Positions 36,282 to 48,240 of a DNA stretch of 64,000 nt are shown here, one piece after another. A program made the position numbers and the translations under genes. This DNA comes from Cyanophora paradoxa CCMP329 (Eukaryota > Plantae > Glaucophyta): contig QPMI01000022.1 of NCBI GenBank assembly GCA_004431415.1, forward strand, positions 372,001 through 436,000, in the 5' to 3' direction. How positions within the stretch are numbered: position 1 is the stretch's first letter; each line of letters begins with the position of its first letter. Below the pieces are notes generated by a model. The model made no database searches and had not been told where the DNA came from. It saw only the letters and a program-made list of their open reading frames with translations.

Positions 36282-39200
36282 CTGAAGCCTCGACCTTCCT
36301 AACCGCTGGCGCCGGAGGAGCCGGGGAGGGCGCCGAGGCCGACGCGGCGGTGGCGGGCGGGCCGGAGAGGGCGCGGCGGAGGCGGGGCGAGAGGCGGCCG
36401 CCGAGGGCGCGATCGACGCGAAGAGGCCGTCCCAGACCGCCTGCTCCACCAGCGATCCCAGCTGCCCCGTCGCCAGCTCCCGCGGGGTGCGTTCCCCGTG
36501 CCCCGGCGCGTGCCTCGCCTCGGGCAAGGGCACTCCAGCGAGGGCGGCGGCGCGGCGGCGCGCGTCCTGAGCTTTAGGGTCAGCGGCGTGCGCGTTTGGC
36601 GAGGGGGGGGGGGGAACGGGGGTAGAGGGTCGCACGGCGCGGCGGGGTGGGCGGGGGCGTCCCGGGCCTCCTGGGAGGCCCCTCGGCCGGCGCCGGGGCC
36701 GGCGCCGAGGGCGCGGCGGCCGGCGGGGCGGACGTGGCTCGCGCGAGGCTGCGGCCGGGGCACGTCAGAGGACGGGACCAGAAAGGGCGCCAGAGCAGAA
36801 GAAGCTAAGCTACGGTAAAGCTAAGCTGAGCGAAGTTAAGTTAGTGAGTTAGTTGAGCTAATCCAAGCTAAGTTAGTTACGCTAAGCTTAGTTAAGCTAA
36901 GCTAAGTTTAAGCTAAGTTAAGTTAGTGACTTAGTTAAGCTAATCTAAGCTAAGTTAGTTAAGCTAATCTAAGCTTTGTTAAGCTAAGCTTTAGCTAAGC
37001 TGGGCTCTGCGCACGAGAGGAGGAGCTGGAGGGGCCCGGGTCCGAGGAGGGCCGCCGCCGCGCTGAAGAGGGCGTCCGCGAGGCCCGCCGTCCGCACCGA
37101 GAGCCGCAGCAGCGCCCGCGAGACGCTGCGGGGGGCGGAGCCGGGTCAGATCAGATCGGATCGGATCAGATCCGATCAGATCAGACGGATCAGATCAGAT
37201 CAGAACGGACCTGGCGAGAGTCTCGCGCCGCTCGGCGTGCGACGGGGAACGCAGCAGCGCCTCCGCCAGGTGCCGAACCGCGTCCAGGGCGCCCGGGCCC
37301 AGCGCCTCCCCCGCGAGCCTGTACCCCCCGGGTTCGATCGGGGGGGGAGGGAGTGGGAGGGGGGTACGGGCACGCACGCCCAGAGGTCCTCGAGGCGCTC
37401 GGCGGTGGGCTGGCCCACCAGCGACCACACGATCCTGCGGCGAAAGCGAACGAAGGCTCAAGCCCCGCAAAGCGAAGGCGAACGCCGATCCGGAAGGGAA
37501 GCGGAGCACCCGCGGATCGAATCCCACCCGCCCTCGCTTAGCATCGACCCGAAGAGGCTGCGCAGCACTCAGGCGTTAGCAAGGGGCGGCGGGGGCGAGG
37601 GATCAGATCAGATCAGATCAGATCTGAGCTGATCCGATCTGACGCACTCGGCGAGAGAGTGCAGGCGCTCGATCCAGCCCGCCCCCGGCATCGTCTCCAG
37701 GAACCTGCGGGCGGGCCGCTTAGATCAGATCAGGTCAGATCAGGTCAGATCAGATCAGATTGGACGCGCCTCCGCATCGCGAGGAGCTTCTCATCGCCGC
37801 CGTCGGAGAGGAACGCGTGCGCGAGGCTGCGGAGAGGGCTCAGATCAGCTCAGATCAGATCAGATCGGATCTGACGCACTCTCGGACGGCCTGGAGGAGG
37901 GGCCCCGTCTCGGCGTGCTCGTCCGTGAGGAGCGACCGAAGGACGCTGTGGCCGCGCCGGCGTCGGCGGCGGGTTGCGGGGCGGCGGGCGGGCGGGCGGG
38001 ATACCTTGCGACTGCCGCGGGCTCCTGCCCCGCCCCCTCCCCCTCGAAGAGGGGGCCGCGCCGCGTACCCCTGCGGCGGGGGGGGGATGAGTGGGGCCGA
38101 GCGGGGGAGGGCGAAGGGCGGCGGGCGCACCTCCGCTCGGGCGAAGAGGGCGACTGGGCGGGAGGGGGCGCCGGAGGGGGCGCCGGCGCGGGCGCCGGGG
38201 GCGGAGGGGAGCGGGAGGGCAGAGGGTCCCAGGGCGCTGGGGCGGCCTCCGGGGCCCAGGTTTCTACGGAGGACATCGTCACGCGCCGCGGCGCGGCCTC
38301 CGCGGCCGGGGCCGGGGCCGGGGCGGAAGGAGCAGCAGGGGCCTGGGCTCGCTCCGGATGCTCGCCCCACGCCTGCACCACCGGACGCCGCTCCACGTGG
38401 AAGCGGGCCGGTACCCCCGGGGACGCCCCCGCGGCGGGTACGGCCGCCGCGGCCCGCTCCACGCGGAAGGGGACTCCGGCGGGGGGGAAGATCTGCTGCG
38501 GGGCCGGCCCGAGCTGCGCCGCCGGGGCGGCGTCGGCGGAGAGGCGCCCAGCGGCGCTGTCCAGCAGAGCCGCCAGCGTCCGATCGCCCTCCGCCCGCGG
38601 GGCCGCCGTCGCCGCCGCGGGAGCCGCGGATGCCGGTGGGGAGGTGCGGGGCCGCTGCTCGGGGCGCGCGCCGGGCCCGCGGCGCGTGGCGCCCCCGCGG
38701 CGAGCTGGGCGACCGCCTGCTCGCGGGCCTTGGCCTTGCGCCAGCGCTCCAGCAAGTCCTCCGCGCTGTAGTCGAACTCCGTGCTGCGCGGGGCGTCGGC
38801 GGCGGCGGCGGCGCCCGGGCACTAGGAGAGGGGCGCCCAGCACCTTTCCCGCGCCCGGCGGACCGGCGGCGGCGCCTGCGGTTGGTTTAAGAGGGCAGCG
38901 GGCGAGCGGGATTGCGGGGCGCGGACCAAGGGGACGGCGCGCGCAGCGGCGGCAGCAGAGGCGGTGGCGGCGGCGGAAGCGGCGGCCGACGGCCGGCGGG
39001 GCACGTAGTAATCGTCGTCGTCGTCGTCCTCGTCGTCGTCCTCGCGGGGGGCGCCGGCCACGTCACCGGGGGCGGCGAGGGCGCGCGCGCTGCGCGGGGC
39101 GTTGTCGGTCGGCGGCGGGTGGAGGCGGGCGGGGGCGCTTCAGCTGCGGGCAGGCACCTGCGGGCGAGGAGGGCGGACGCCCGCTCGTCGAGGGCCGCTA

Positions 39201-40861
39201 TCTCCGGGTCCGGGAAGCCTCGATCGGCAGCGGCGGAGGCGGCGGAGGCGACTGGAGCGTCCTGGAGGTACTTGGCCCTAATCTCCTCCACCCGCCGGCG
39301 CTCCGCCTCCTCCTCAGCCGCGGCTGACGCCCGCCGCCCGCCGCCGCTGCCGCCGCCGCCGCCGACGCCGCCGCGGGCGCGGCCGCGTACAGAGTCCTCG
39401 GCTCGCCGCCGCCGCCGCCCGGAGAGGACGGCGGAGACTCGGGAGTGAGGAGCGCACGCTTTCGGTCGGCCGAGGCGCGCATCGGGTCGGGCGCCGCGGG
39501 CGCCGCCCGGTCGCGCATCCACCAGGGGCGGGCGAGCGGCGGGCGCTCCCCGGCGGCGTAGGCGGCGCCTCGCGCCACCGGCGAATGTACTCGGCCGCCG
39601 TGCTGCCGGCGCCGGGGGCGGGGCCGGGTACGGGTACGCGTCGCCCGGGCCCCGGGCCGGCGCGACGAGGGCCGACGGCGGCGCGTACGGGCCGGGCTCC
39701 TCGCCCCGCTGCGGCGGGCGCGGCCCCGCGGAGGGGACGGGGAAGGCGAGCGGCTGCTGCGGCTGCTGTAGCCCCCGCGGGGCCCCGCGACGCTCCCGTG
39801 CAGCACGCCGCTGCTAGCGCCGCTGGATCGGACGCCGGCCGAGCGCCGCAGCCCGGAGCGACCCCGCCAGGCCCGCTCCGCCTCCGCCTCCGCCTCCGCC
39901 GCCGCCTCCTCCTCCTCCTCTTCCAGCTGCCCTTCGTTCTCCTCCTCGCTTCCCGCCCATCCGAGCTCGCCGCCCGCCTTCTCCTCTCCGGACGCCGCGT
40001 GCCCCTCTTCTTCTCCCTCCTCCTCCGGCCGCTTCATGTCGCGTGAGCGCCACCCGATCTCAACGGAATCGAAGCTGTGCGTCAGGGAGCGACGCGGCGG
40101 GCCGGCCCGCGGCGCCGCGACGGCCTTCGCGGGGCTTCCAGCGCGCTCCTCCCGCTCGGATCGCCCGCTGAGCAGCAGCTACGCGTCCGTCAGCGCGCTG
40201 TAAGCTCGCTGTTAAACGCGCAGCACGCACCGGCTCCTCCTCACGCCTCTGCGCGTCGGCGGACCGCGGCGGCTCCACGAAGAGGGGGTCCTTGCCCTTC
40301 GGCGCGCGGGCGCCCCGGGTCCGCGGCCCGGGAACCGCCAGCGACGAAGGAGCAGGGGCCGATGTCCGCGGTAACTCCTCCTGCCTGCCCGCGTCCCGCA
40401 CGCGCCTCTCGTCCCGAAGTGTCCGCCTGCCAGCCGTAGGTCAAAACGGCGAGCGGCGCGTTCTGCGGGTCGAGCGTCGGAGCGAACCTGCTCTCGTAAT
40501 CGTCGTGCGAAACGATGCTCGCCCGCACACGCTCGTCATACTGCCCTCCGTCGACGCCGCCTGCGCGCTGGTTGCCGGCAGCCGAGTCGGGGCTCCGGGA
40601 ACGCGAGGCGCTCCTGCGTGAAGCAACGTCATCCCGGTAACCGGATCACGATGCGGCTACGGCGGACCTCGACGAGCCTCGCCGCGGTCGGGAGTGCGAA
40701 TCCTCCCGCGCTTCCCGCCTTCCGTAGCGGCTCCCGTCGGCACTGATGGGAGAGGATCTCCGAGCCGCTGCCGTCTCCTTAGAGTGCTCAGGCTTCGAGT
40801 ATTCGATGTTGATGACGCGCGCCGCGTTCGGGCGGGGTCCAGCCGCGGCGGCCCGGTGCAT
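34836..40861 (-). CDS. Large low-complexity Pro/Ala/Ser-rich protein, possibly PROSER3-like (could be two genes)
   Basis: Short islands PWWMR, LDERASALL, EDLLERWRKAKAREQA and a C-terminal ENDRVVQKLREQIAVYRTALSELD recall PROSER3 motifs in the same order; middle helical exons lie at 37000-37930. Confidence 0.38.
36805..37000. repeat. Degenerate (TAAGC/TTAG)n intronic microsatellite
   Basis: GCTAAGCTAAGTTAGTT-type units over ~200 bp. Confidence 0.85.
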
Positions 40862-43262
40862 CGCGGAATGCTGGACCGCAGCGTAGCTTCCAATTGAACA
40901 CTTACTTTGTGTCTGCGGGATGCCGCGCCGCGCCGCTAGCTCTCTTAGCTACCTCGAGCTCTGCAGCACTTTAAAACTACAAGTCACGTACCCCCATTGA
41001 GTCGTGCGTACCCGTAATTGCAAGGGGGGGTCAGCTGCAAACCCCCCTTGCTAGTAAGTTGCTACCCGTCGGATTCTGTCACGCTGTCAAAGCCGGCCAG
41101 TTCGTACCCATGACCACAGCCCGACCGGCCGGCGGCCGCGGAGCGGGCCGCGGCTGGCGCGCGCGCGCGGCCCAGAACATGCCATACTCAGTATGCATGA
41201 CCTGACCAGAACTTCGGAACCCATGCTAGCACTAGCGCTAGGAGAGCCGGTCGCGGCGAACCGCGGCCGGCACCCGCGCGCGGCCGCGCCGCAATTGCAT
41301 GCGCAAACGCATATGCATGCGCCACACTGCGGCCGACAGCGGCAAGCGCGGCCACAACGCAGCTCGCCTTCGCCCGCGGCAGCACGTAGCGGGCGGCATC
41401 CGCTGCGCATGCCGCTACGTATACGGCACCCGGCCGGCGCCGCGGCTAGACCGGCAGCGAGGCACACGCGGTGGCCGTCATGCGATTTAAATTTAGATCG
41501 AGCGAGAGCGAGCTCGAGGGCGCTATACAGCCGGCAACAAGCTATACAGCCGGCAACAACGATCGCGACCGCGTGGGGCGGAGGCGCGGCGGCGCGGCGC
41601 GGCTCGACGGGCGGGGCGGAGGCGCGGCGGGCGCGCGGCTGCGCGGCGCGGCTCGCCCGAGTCGACGGGCGGGACGGAGGCGCGGCGGGCGGCGGCGCGG
41701 CTCGAAGGGCGGGACGGGGCGGAGGGTCGGCGGGCGGCGGCGCGGCTCGCCGGGCGGGGCGGAGGCGCAGCGGCCGCGGGCGGCGGCGCGGCCGCGGGCT
41801 CGACGGGCGGGGCGGAGGCGTGGCGTGCGGCCGGCGGCCGCCGGGCAGCGCAGCGCGCAGAGCTTTAAATTTTTAATATGTTCTCTGCGGCCTTTAATTT
41901 CCATTTCGCGCTGCTTCTTCGAGCGTTGGCTGCAGATCTAGATGCCGCAGTGCACTGCGGCAGCTGCAGATATGCCGCGCGCAGTGCATATGCTAGATGC
42001 TGTCGACGTCTTGGTTCATTTAGACCCCACCTTCAAAGTTAGACCCCACCTTGCACATCCTGAGACGAGCGGGGGCGAGCGCGAGTCGAAGACCTAGTTA
42101 AAAGAAGAAGCTTGACCTTGCGCATGCAATTGCAAGACGTGTTTTCGTACATTGCAACTTTTGCAAGTTGCAAACTTGCCATGGCCATGCATCATGCGTG
42201 CAAATATTAATGCCCAGGCTCATCAGGCTAGCCAAGCTCGAGCCCCAAGGGCCCAACTTGGCATGCGCAAGACTCCGATATCGATATCGATCGCGACTCG
42301 CGAGCCTCGAGCTCGCGATCGGAGCTCGCGATCGAGACGGCGACTCGTCGGCGAGGGCCCGGGCCAGCTGCGCATGCAGTGGGCGGCTGTGGGCCACTAG
42401 TACTAGCCTAGTATTACTGGCTATGCTGGTATGATCAATGCAAGATCTAGATCTAGATCTGGAGCCGCTGATCATGAGCCCCAAGACTCTGCCAGGCTGA
42501 GAGCCCGTCCGGCGTCGACGTCCGCCCGGCCGCGCCGCCGGCGCCGCGCCGCGCGCCTCGCCCCCCGTCGAGCTGCCCCTCGATCGCGAGGGCCCTCGAG
42601 CTCCCCGCGCGCGGCCGGCCCCGCGACCCAGCACGCGGCGCCACCCCGCCGCGCCGCCGGGCCGGGCCGCGCCGGACCCCGGCAGTGGGCCGGCATGCGC
42701 ACGCGTACGGCGCGGGCCCTCCCCGGCCCCCGGGGCCCGGGCCCCTCCCCGGCCGGGCCTCCGCCGGGCCGCCGGGGCCGCGCCGACGCCGCCGGGCCCG
42801 GCGGCCCCGGCCCACCGGCCGAGGCGGCGATCGCGAGCGACGCGAGGCTCCGATCGATGTCGACGTCCGACGCGTACGGTCGCCGAGAGTCGACGTCGGC
42901 CCGCGGCCGCGCGGGCCGCGGCCCGCCGGGCCGGCGGGCCGCGGCGGCCTCTGAGAGCCGCTGAGCTCGAGCTGGCCCAGTGGATCGTCTTAGATTCGTC
43001 TATCGAGTAGTATCGACGTCCAAGTTCCAACTTGTCCAAGACTCCAATTGCAAGTTGGTCCAACGTTAACGGCCGGCGGTCGCGATTCTCGCGAATCCTC
43101 GCGATCGCGAGCTCGCGCAAATTCATGCAATCATGATCATAGCAATGCCTTGCATCAACTTGGCAACCTTTAACTTGCAATGGCAAATTGCAATTGGCCC
43201 TTCAATTGGGCAAGTCATCGAGAAGCACCAACTTGGCATTGTTAACGTTGGCAAGTTGGCAA

Positions 43263-43385
43263 CAATGGCAAGTTGCCAGTGAACTTGCCACCAACTAAGC
43301 GCGAATTAAGAATTAAGCTTAACTCGCTGCCCCACTAAGCTTAATTCGCGCTTAGTTGGTGCAACTTGGTGGCAACTTGCCATTG
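43263..43385. repeat. Inverted repeat/hairpin within a CAAGTTG/CAACTTG-rich tract
   Basis: Arms 43263-43310 and 43340-43385; the core CACCAACTAAGCGCGAATTAAG / CTTAATTCGCGCTTAGTTGGTG is a perfect inverted pair. Confidence 0.85.
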
Positions 43386-43810
43386 CCAACAATGGCAGTT
43401 GCTGCCGCAGTACGCAATTGCAATGCGCATGCATGCTTCAGCCTTAAGATTAAACAATTTCAACTTGCATATGTATCATTTATGACTCCGAAAAATTATG
43501 AGGGTCGAGTCCCGGATCCGGACTCCCGGTTGACGTACGAAAAAAACTCCGACTCGTTGATCTCGATCGGATTCTGGGTACGGAGCTTTCGAATTCTGGC
43601 CTGAATGGGCATAGGCCGAATAGCCCTACTTCTTGCCACATGCATATGTGACCGTTGTGACGTCGACGTCGACGCCGAGTCGCCGACTCGACGGTCGATC
43701 GCGACCGGAACGTTAAACGGCGGTACCTTGATCATGAGTCATGATCATGACGCTCCGGCCGTCGATAAGGCGGTCGACGTCGATGCATATATGCCAGTGC
43801 ACGTGATATA

Positions 43811-44176
43811 CCGTATAACACAATATTAATGCGCTCAATATTGATGCGTTTTTGGACCCGGACGTACCCCTATTATGGCTATTAATGCGGCACCAAATTA
43901 ATGCGTTTTGAAGCCTTTTGGCTGCATGTGCACGTGGGGGGTACAGACCGCAGTTTCTTAGCGCTTCATAATATTAATGCGCCCCCAAATTAATGCGTTT
44001 AATTTTGACGGCAGAAAACGCATTCAATGATTAAACGGCAGAAAACGCATTCAATGATTAAATAATTGATTCAAAGATCTACGGTGGGCGTGCCCACTCG
44101 TAGTACACAACGAGGATTCAATGATTAAATTGGGGGCGCATTAATATTATGCGCGCACTAATATTCTGTTATACGG
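43811..44176. mobile_element. Tc1/mariner-pogo-type MITE (~366 bp)
   Basis: TIRs CCGTATAACAcAATATTAaTGCGC.. / ..GCGCAcTAATATTcTGTTATACGG; TA on the left flank (TC on the right); AT-rich interior with ATTAATGCG repeats and a 27-bp tandem duplication. Confidence 0.65.
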
Positions 44177-47100
44177 TCACAGCGGGTAATGCCACGATCG
44201 ATCGATATCGGATCCGGATTCCGGACCGGAGCGGCGATCGCGAGGCCTAGCTATAGCCTATAGCTTAGGCTAGCTATATATAGGAGCGAGCTATATAGAT
44301 ATTAGCTAGCTATAATAGCTATACTGTAACTCGGGAAATATTTAATTTAGTATACTGGATCTTTATAGTACCAAAGTTTTGAGGCCCGACGTCGACTTGC
44401 CACTACTAGTACTAAAGCTTTATCGTACGCGGTTGCAGCGCGGGAGAAGCTAGCTACAGCTGCAGTGTACTAGTACACTAGTGCGAGGGGGCTCCCCGGG
44501 CCGCCTGCTCCAACAGATCTAGCGCGCGGCCACCCTCTAGGCCCTTCTAGCGCGCCGCGCCCACCCTCTAGGCCCTTCTAAAGGTCGCTACTAAAGCGCT
44601 CCGAGCGGCGAATTTTATTTAACTTCTCAAGGCTTAATATACTATGATAATTCCAACTCCGGGATTACTAATAATTTTGGGGTCTTAAATATTGCGGGAT
44701 TCGGGACTCTGGCCCGAGTCGGGACTCGGGAGTGCAAAGCTCAGGGGCTTTAATTTGAACTTCGGAACTCGGAAGTTTGAAGTTTGAAGGCTCCGCCGCG
44801 GGCCGGGCCGGGGCTGCGACGTCGACGGTGCCGCAGTGCGGGAGCGGCCGCCGCCGGCGCCGGCGCGGCCCGGGCGCGCCGCGGCCCGCCGGCCGCGCCG
44901 GCCTCGGCCGCGGGCGCCGGGCGGGCCCGGGGTAGGGTTGGCAGCTTGAAAATTCAAGCCATTGTAATTGCATTGAAACTGAAAATTCAATTTCAATTTC
45001 AATGCCGCCCGTTGAAATTGCATTGAAATAGAATATAAAAATAATAAAATATATTGAATTTCGCCGTTTTCGCTCCCTCAGCTCTCCCTTCCCAGCCCCT
45101 CCGGCCTTCCCAGGAGCCCTCCCAGTCCGTAAAGAGACTCAGAGAGTGAGACTGAAGTCGATTAGAGACAATCTAGAGTGAAAGAGACCCTCCGCAGTGC
45201 GTAGGGTCTCTGCAAGTGCTGCACTGCGGATTGAAATTTCAATTGAATTTTCAAAGCTTTCAAAGGGTCGACTTTCAGTTTCAACGCCAAAATTTTGAAT
45301 TTCATGAAATTCACCAACCCTAGCCCGGGGGATCCGGATTCCGGAGCTGCCTGCGTGCATGCGCATGCCGCAGGCCCGCAGTGCGCACGGTGCACGTGTA
45401 GGCCATATAGGCTGCAGCTGTAAGCTGTGGCCTCATGATCAGGCCTGAATTCGAAGCCTTTTATTATAAGTGCTGTGCTTCACCGGCCCGCGGGCCGCGG
45501 CGCCGCCGGCCGCAGCAGCCCTGGCAGCTGCGAGCCTGCGACGGCCCTAGGCCTGCGAGCGGGCCTGCGGCCGGGGGGAATCCCTGCAGCAGTGCAGCTG
45601 GATGCGGGAGGCGGGCTCATGATCAGGCGGCGCGCGAGCTTCCGAATTCGAAGTCCGTCCCCGCGGCCGCCAACGTTGACGAGTTGCATGCGCAAGCTGC
45701 AGCCTGCAGCTATATAGCTATTGACCTATAGCTAGTTAGCCACTCGTTTAGGCTGTCCGCCGCGGTACCGGTACGGTCGTCAGTCACGGTCAGTGCCGCG
45801 GTATACGCACGGTGCGCCGCGCCGGCGTACGCGTCGCGCCGAGCGCGCTGCATCGCCGTGCGCCGCAGTACGGTACGCCGTGACGCGCCGCCGCGAAGGA
45901 ATTCTCCGAGAGCCCGGCTGCGAAATCGTACGCGTTCCTCGGCCGCCGCGCGCGGCGCTGCAGCTGGCGGCAGTCAACGGCCCCGCGGCCGGCGCCGCGG
46001 TCGCGGCCGTGTCCGCGTCCGACGGTCCCGATTCCGGTCGTTGAGCTCATCAGTTCCCGGCTCACGAAGCTGGCGCGGCGTGCCGGTCGCCTTCGGAGTC
46101 GGGCCCGGGGCGCATGCGCATTGCAGCTGCGTGCGAATCAGCAGCAGGTCTTTCGACCCCGGCCCGGCAGCTCGCCGTGTACGTGCATTAGCCTCGTAGC
46201 CTGCGCCGTAGGTTCGCCACGGCAAGCTCATAATTATAGCTAAGCCTCGACCGGTACCTGAGCTCGTCCAGCTGGCCATGCCAAACCGGCCGTGAGCGTC
46301 AGCCGGCCGGGCCTTGCTTTTCCAACATCGATATCCGTGATCGCGAGTCCACGCGTAAGGATCGAGGATCGGGACCCAGTCGCGATCGGACCACGGCGCG
46401 CGCGGCCGCGGCACGCGCAGCTGCAGAATATTATTCATACAATACGCGGATCCTATTCGAACAGCCTGGCCTAGGCCTTGCAAGCAGGTGGGCCCCTCCA
46501 CGCGACCGTTCGCCAATCTCTGCTATATACACCCCTATATGCGCATCTTTCCTTACGTAAACAGTAACTGGGCGCGCGCAGTGCAGACATGCATCCGTCG
46601 CTGGCTTTGCAAACGAGGCGCAGTTGAGGGGCTCAATTGCAATTGCACCCGATCGCGACCTCCTCCTGGTCCGACAATTACCTTCACAAAGTTCAGGTCC
46701 AAATACGAAGGCAAGGCATCGCGGCATCGCCGAGCCATGCTGCAGGGCTAACTTAGTACGCGTTCAACAGTTTGGGCCACGTGAGCTGCTGCCCGGCCCG
46801 GCGGCGCGGCCGCGACGTCGACGCGGGGTCTACGCTTAAAAGCTTGCAATTGCGGTGTGCCACGGTGTTCATGTGAGTGTGCAGGCATATGTGTGTGTGT
46901 GTGCGCGCAGATCTAAATTCCCTTCGTGGCTGGGTTAATTGTAATATTGTACACGCCATAGTATATATATATATATGTCGCTGGCGCTGATCGCGCCGCG
47001 CGCAGTATTAATATTCGGGGAGGCGAATTCATCATCATGGCGTCACAGCCGGCGCAATTGCAACAATGAAACTGAAGCTCATGATCATGATCGGGATCAC

Positions 47101-47283
47101 GATGGAGCAGCTCAACCGCCGTGCTAGCGCTAGCTGCAGTGCTAGCTACACATAGCGCTTGGCGTTCCCGGCTCAAAGCTTCAGCTAAGGCTTAAGGTAA
47201 GGCTTCAGCTTGCAGCTGCAGGCTGCAACTGGGAGGAAACCGTTGCGGCGGAGCCCTAGCCTAGGCTTGGCGGATCCCGGCCC

Positions 47284-48240
47284 ATGCGTGTCCAGGCGCT
47301 GCTCAACTGCGACGGTTCAAAAGGACCGAGCCCGGACGTCGACGTCGACGCTCCGGCCGCGGATCCGGATCGCGATCGCGATCGCGACGTCGACGCGCCC
47401 ACGTGCACGGTCGATGTCGCGATATCGATCGCGGCGCCGGCGCCGGCGGCATCGGTGCACGTGGGACCCTTCGCTTCGCCAAAGCTGTGCGCGAACACCT
47501 TTCGTCTACTCAACCGCGGTCGAAACTCCGGTCAGCTTGAATCTCTCCTCGTCCATAGAATGTAAATCATGATCAGCTTCGCGCGTTATGATCAGCTTCA
47601 ACATGCTCGCTCGGCTGACGCGGTTGTTGGTCATGGCCACGGGCCTTGCAATTGGGCGGCGCGCAGGATTCGAGTCGATGTCCCCGGCGTCGCGCTCCGT
47701 CAGCGTGCGGGACGACGGGTCTCTGGTCGAGACCGTTGCCTACACCATCATCACTTTTCGGCAGGCGAGCAAATTGAAATTGATCGATATTAAAGAAAGA
47801 CGATTGCTGTTCAATTAATTTAATTTGAACGCGGTTTCTGTTGCAGTACTAGTATCGAGCAATTGCCAAGACATTTAAAGGCGATTGCTGTTAACTTACA
47901 ATTGACGTGATTCCTTTTGCGTGCGCAGCTGAAGCTGGAGGTGGCGAGCGGCGTCGACGTACCCCGGTGGGCGAACCGCGCGCTCCACGTGTCCCTCTGC
48001 TACGTGGGTACGCGATAAGACTCCCGATTCAAATTTTTAAATCGAACTCGAACCTCTTACTCTCTGTTCACGTTGTGACCTCTTTCCCCGTCTATAATTA
48101 GACGACGGCGCGCCGGTGCTCTTCGGCTCCGGGGCGTATGGCGGGCGCCAGCCGGAGGGCGAGAAGGGGGGGGCGGACCTGCCCCTCCAGGTCTACAGCG
48201 CGCACCGCACCTTCGAGCGCGCCACTTCCGTGCGTTTAAT
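47284..48240 (+). CDS. Possible small multi-exon hypothetical gene
   Basis: Protein-like exons HVGPFASPKLCANTFRLLNRG, SVSVRDDGSLVETVAYTIITF, LKLEVASGVDVPRWANRALHVSLCY and LFGSGAYGG...VYSAHRTFE with plausible splice sites. Confidence 0.33.

Noticed and set aside
41020-41055. GCAAGGGGGG...CCCCCCTTGC hairpin overlapping CTAG as a Helitron 3' end
   Set aside because: The CTAG overlaps the stem rather than lying downstream, and no 5' end or second copy was seen.
41087-43186. Arg/Gly/Ala-rich ORFs
   Set aside because: Produced by GC-rich simple repeats; no domain evidence.
45974-46760. Trp-containing ORF remnant (WSDRDWVPILDPYAW...)
   Set aside because: It looks protein-like but has stops and no motif I can identify.
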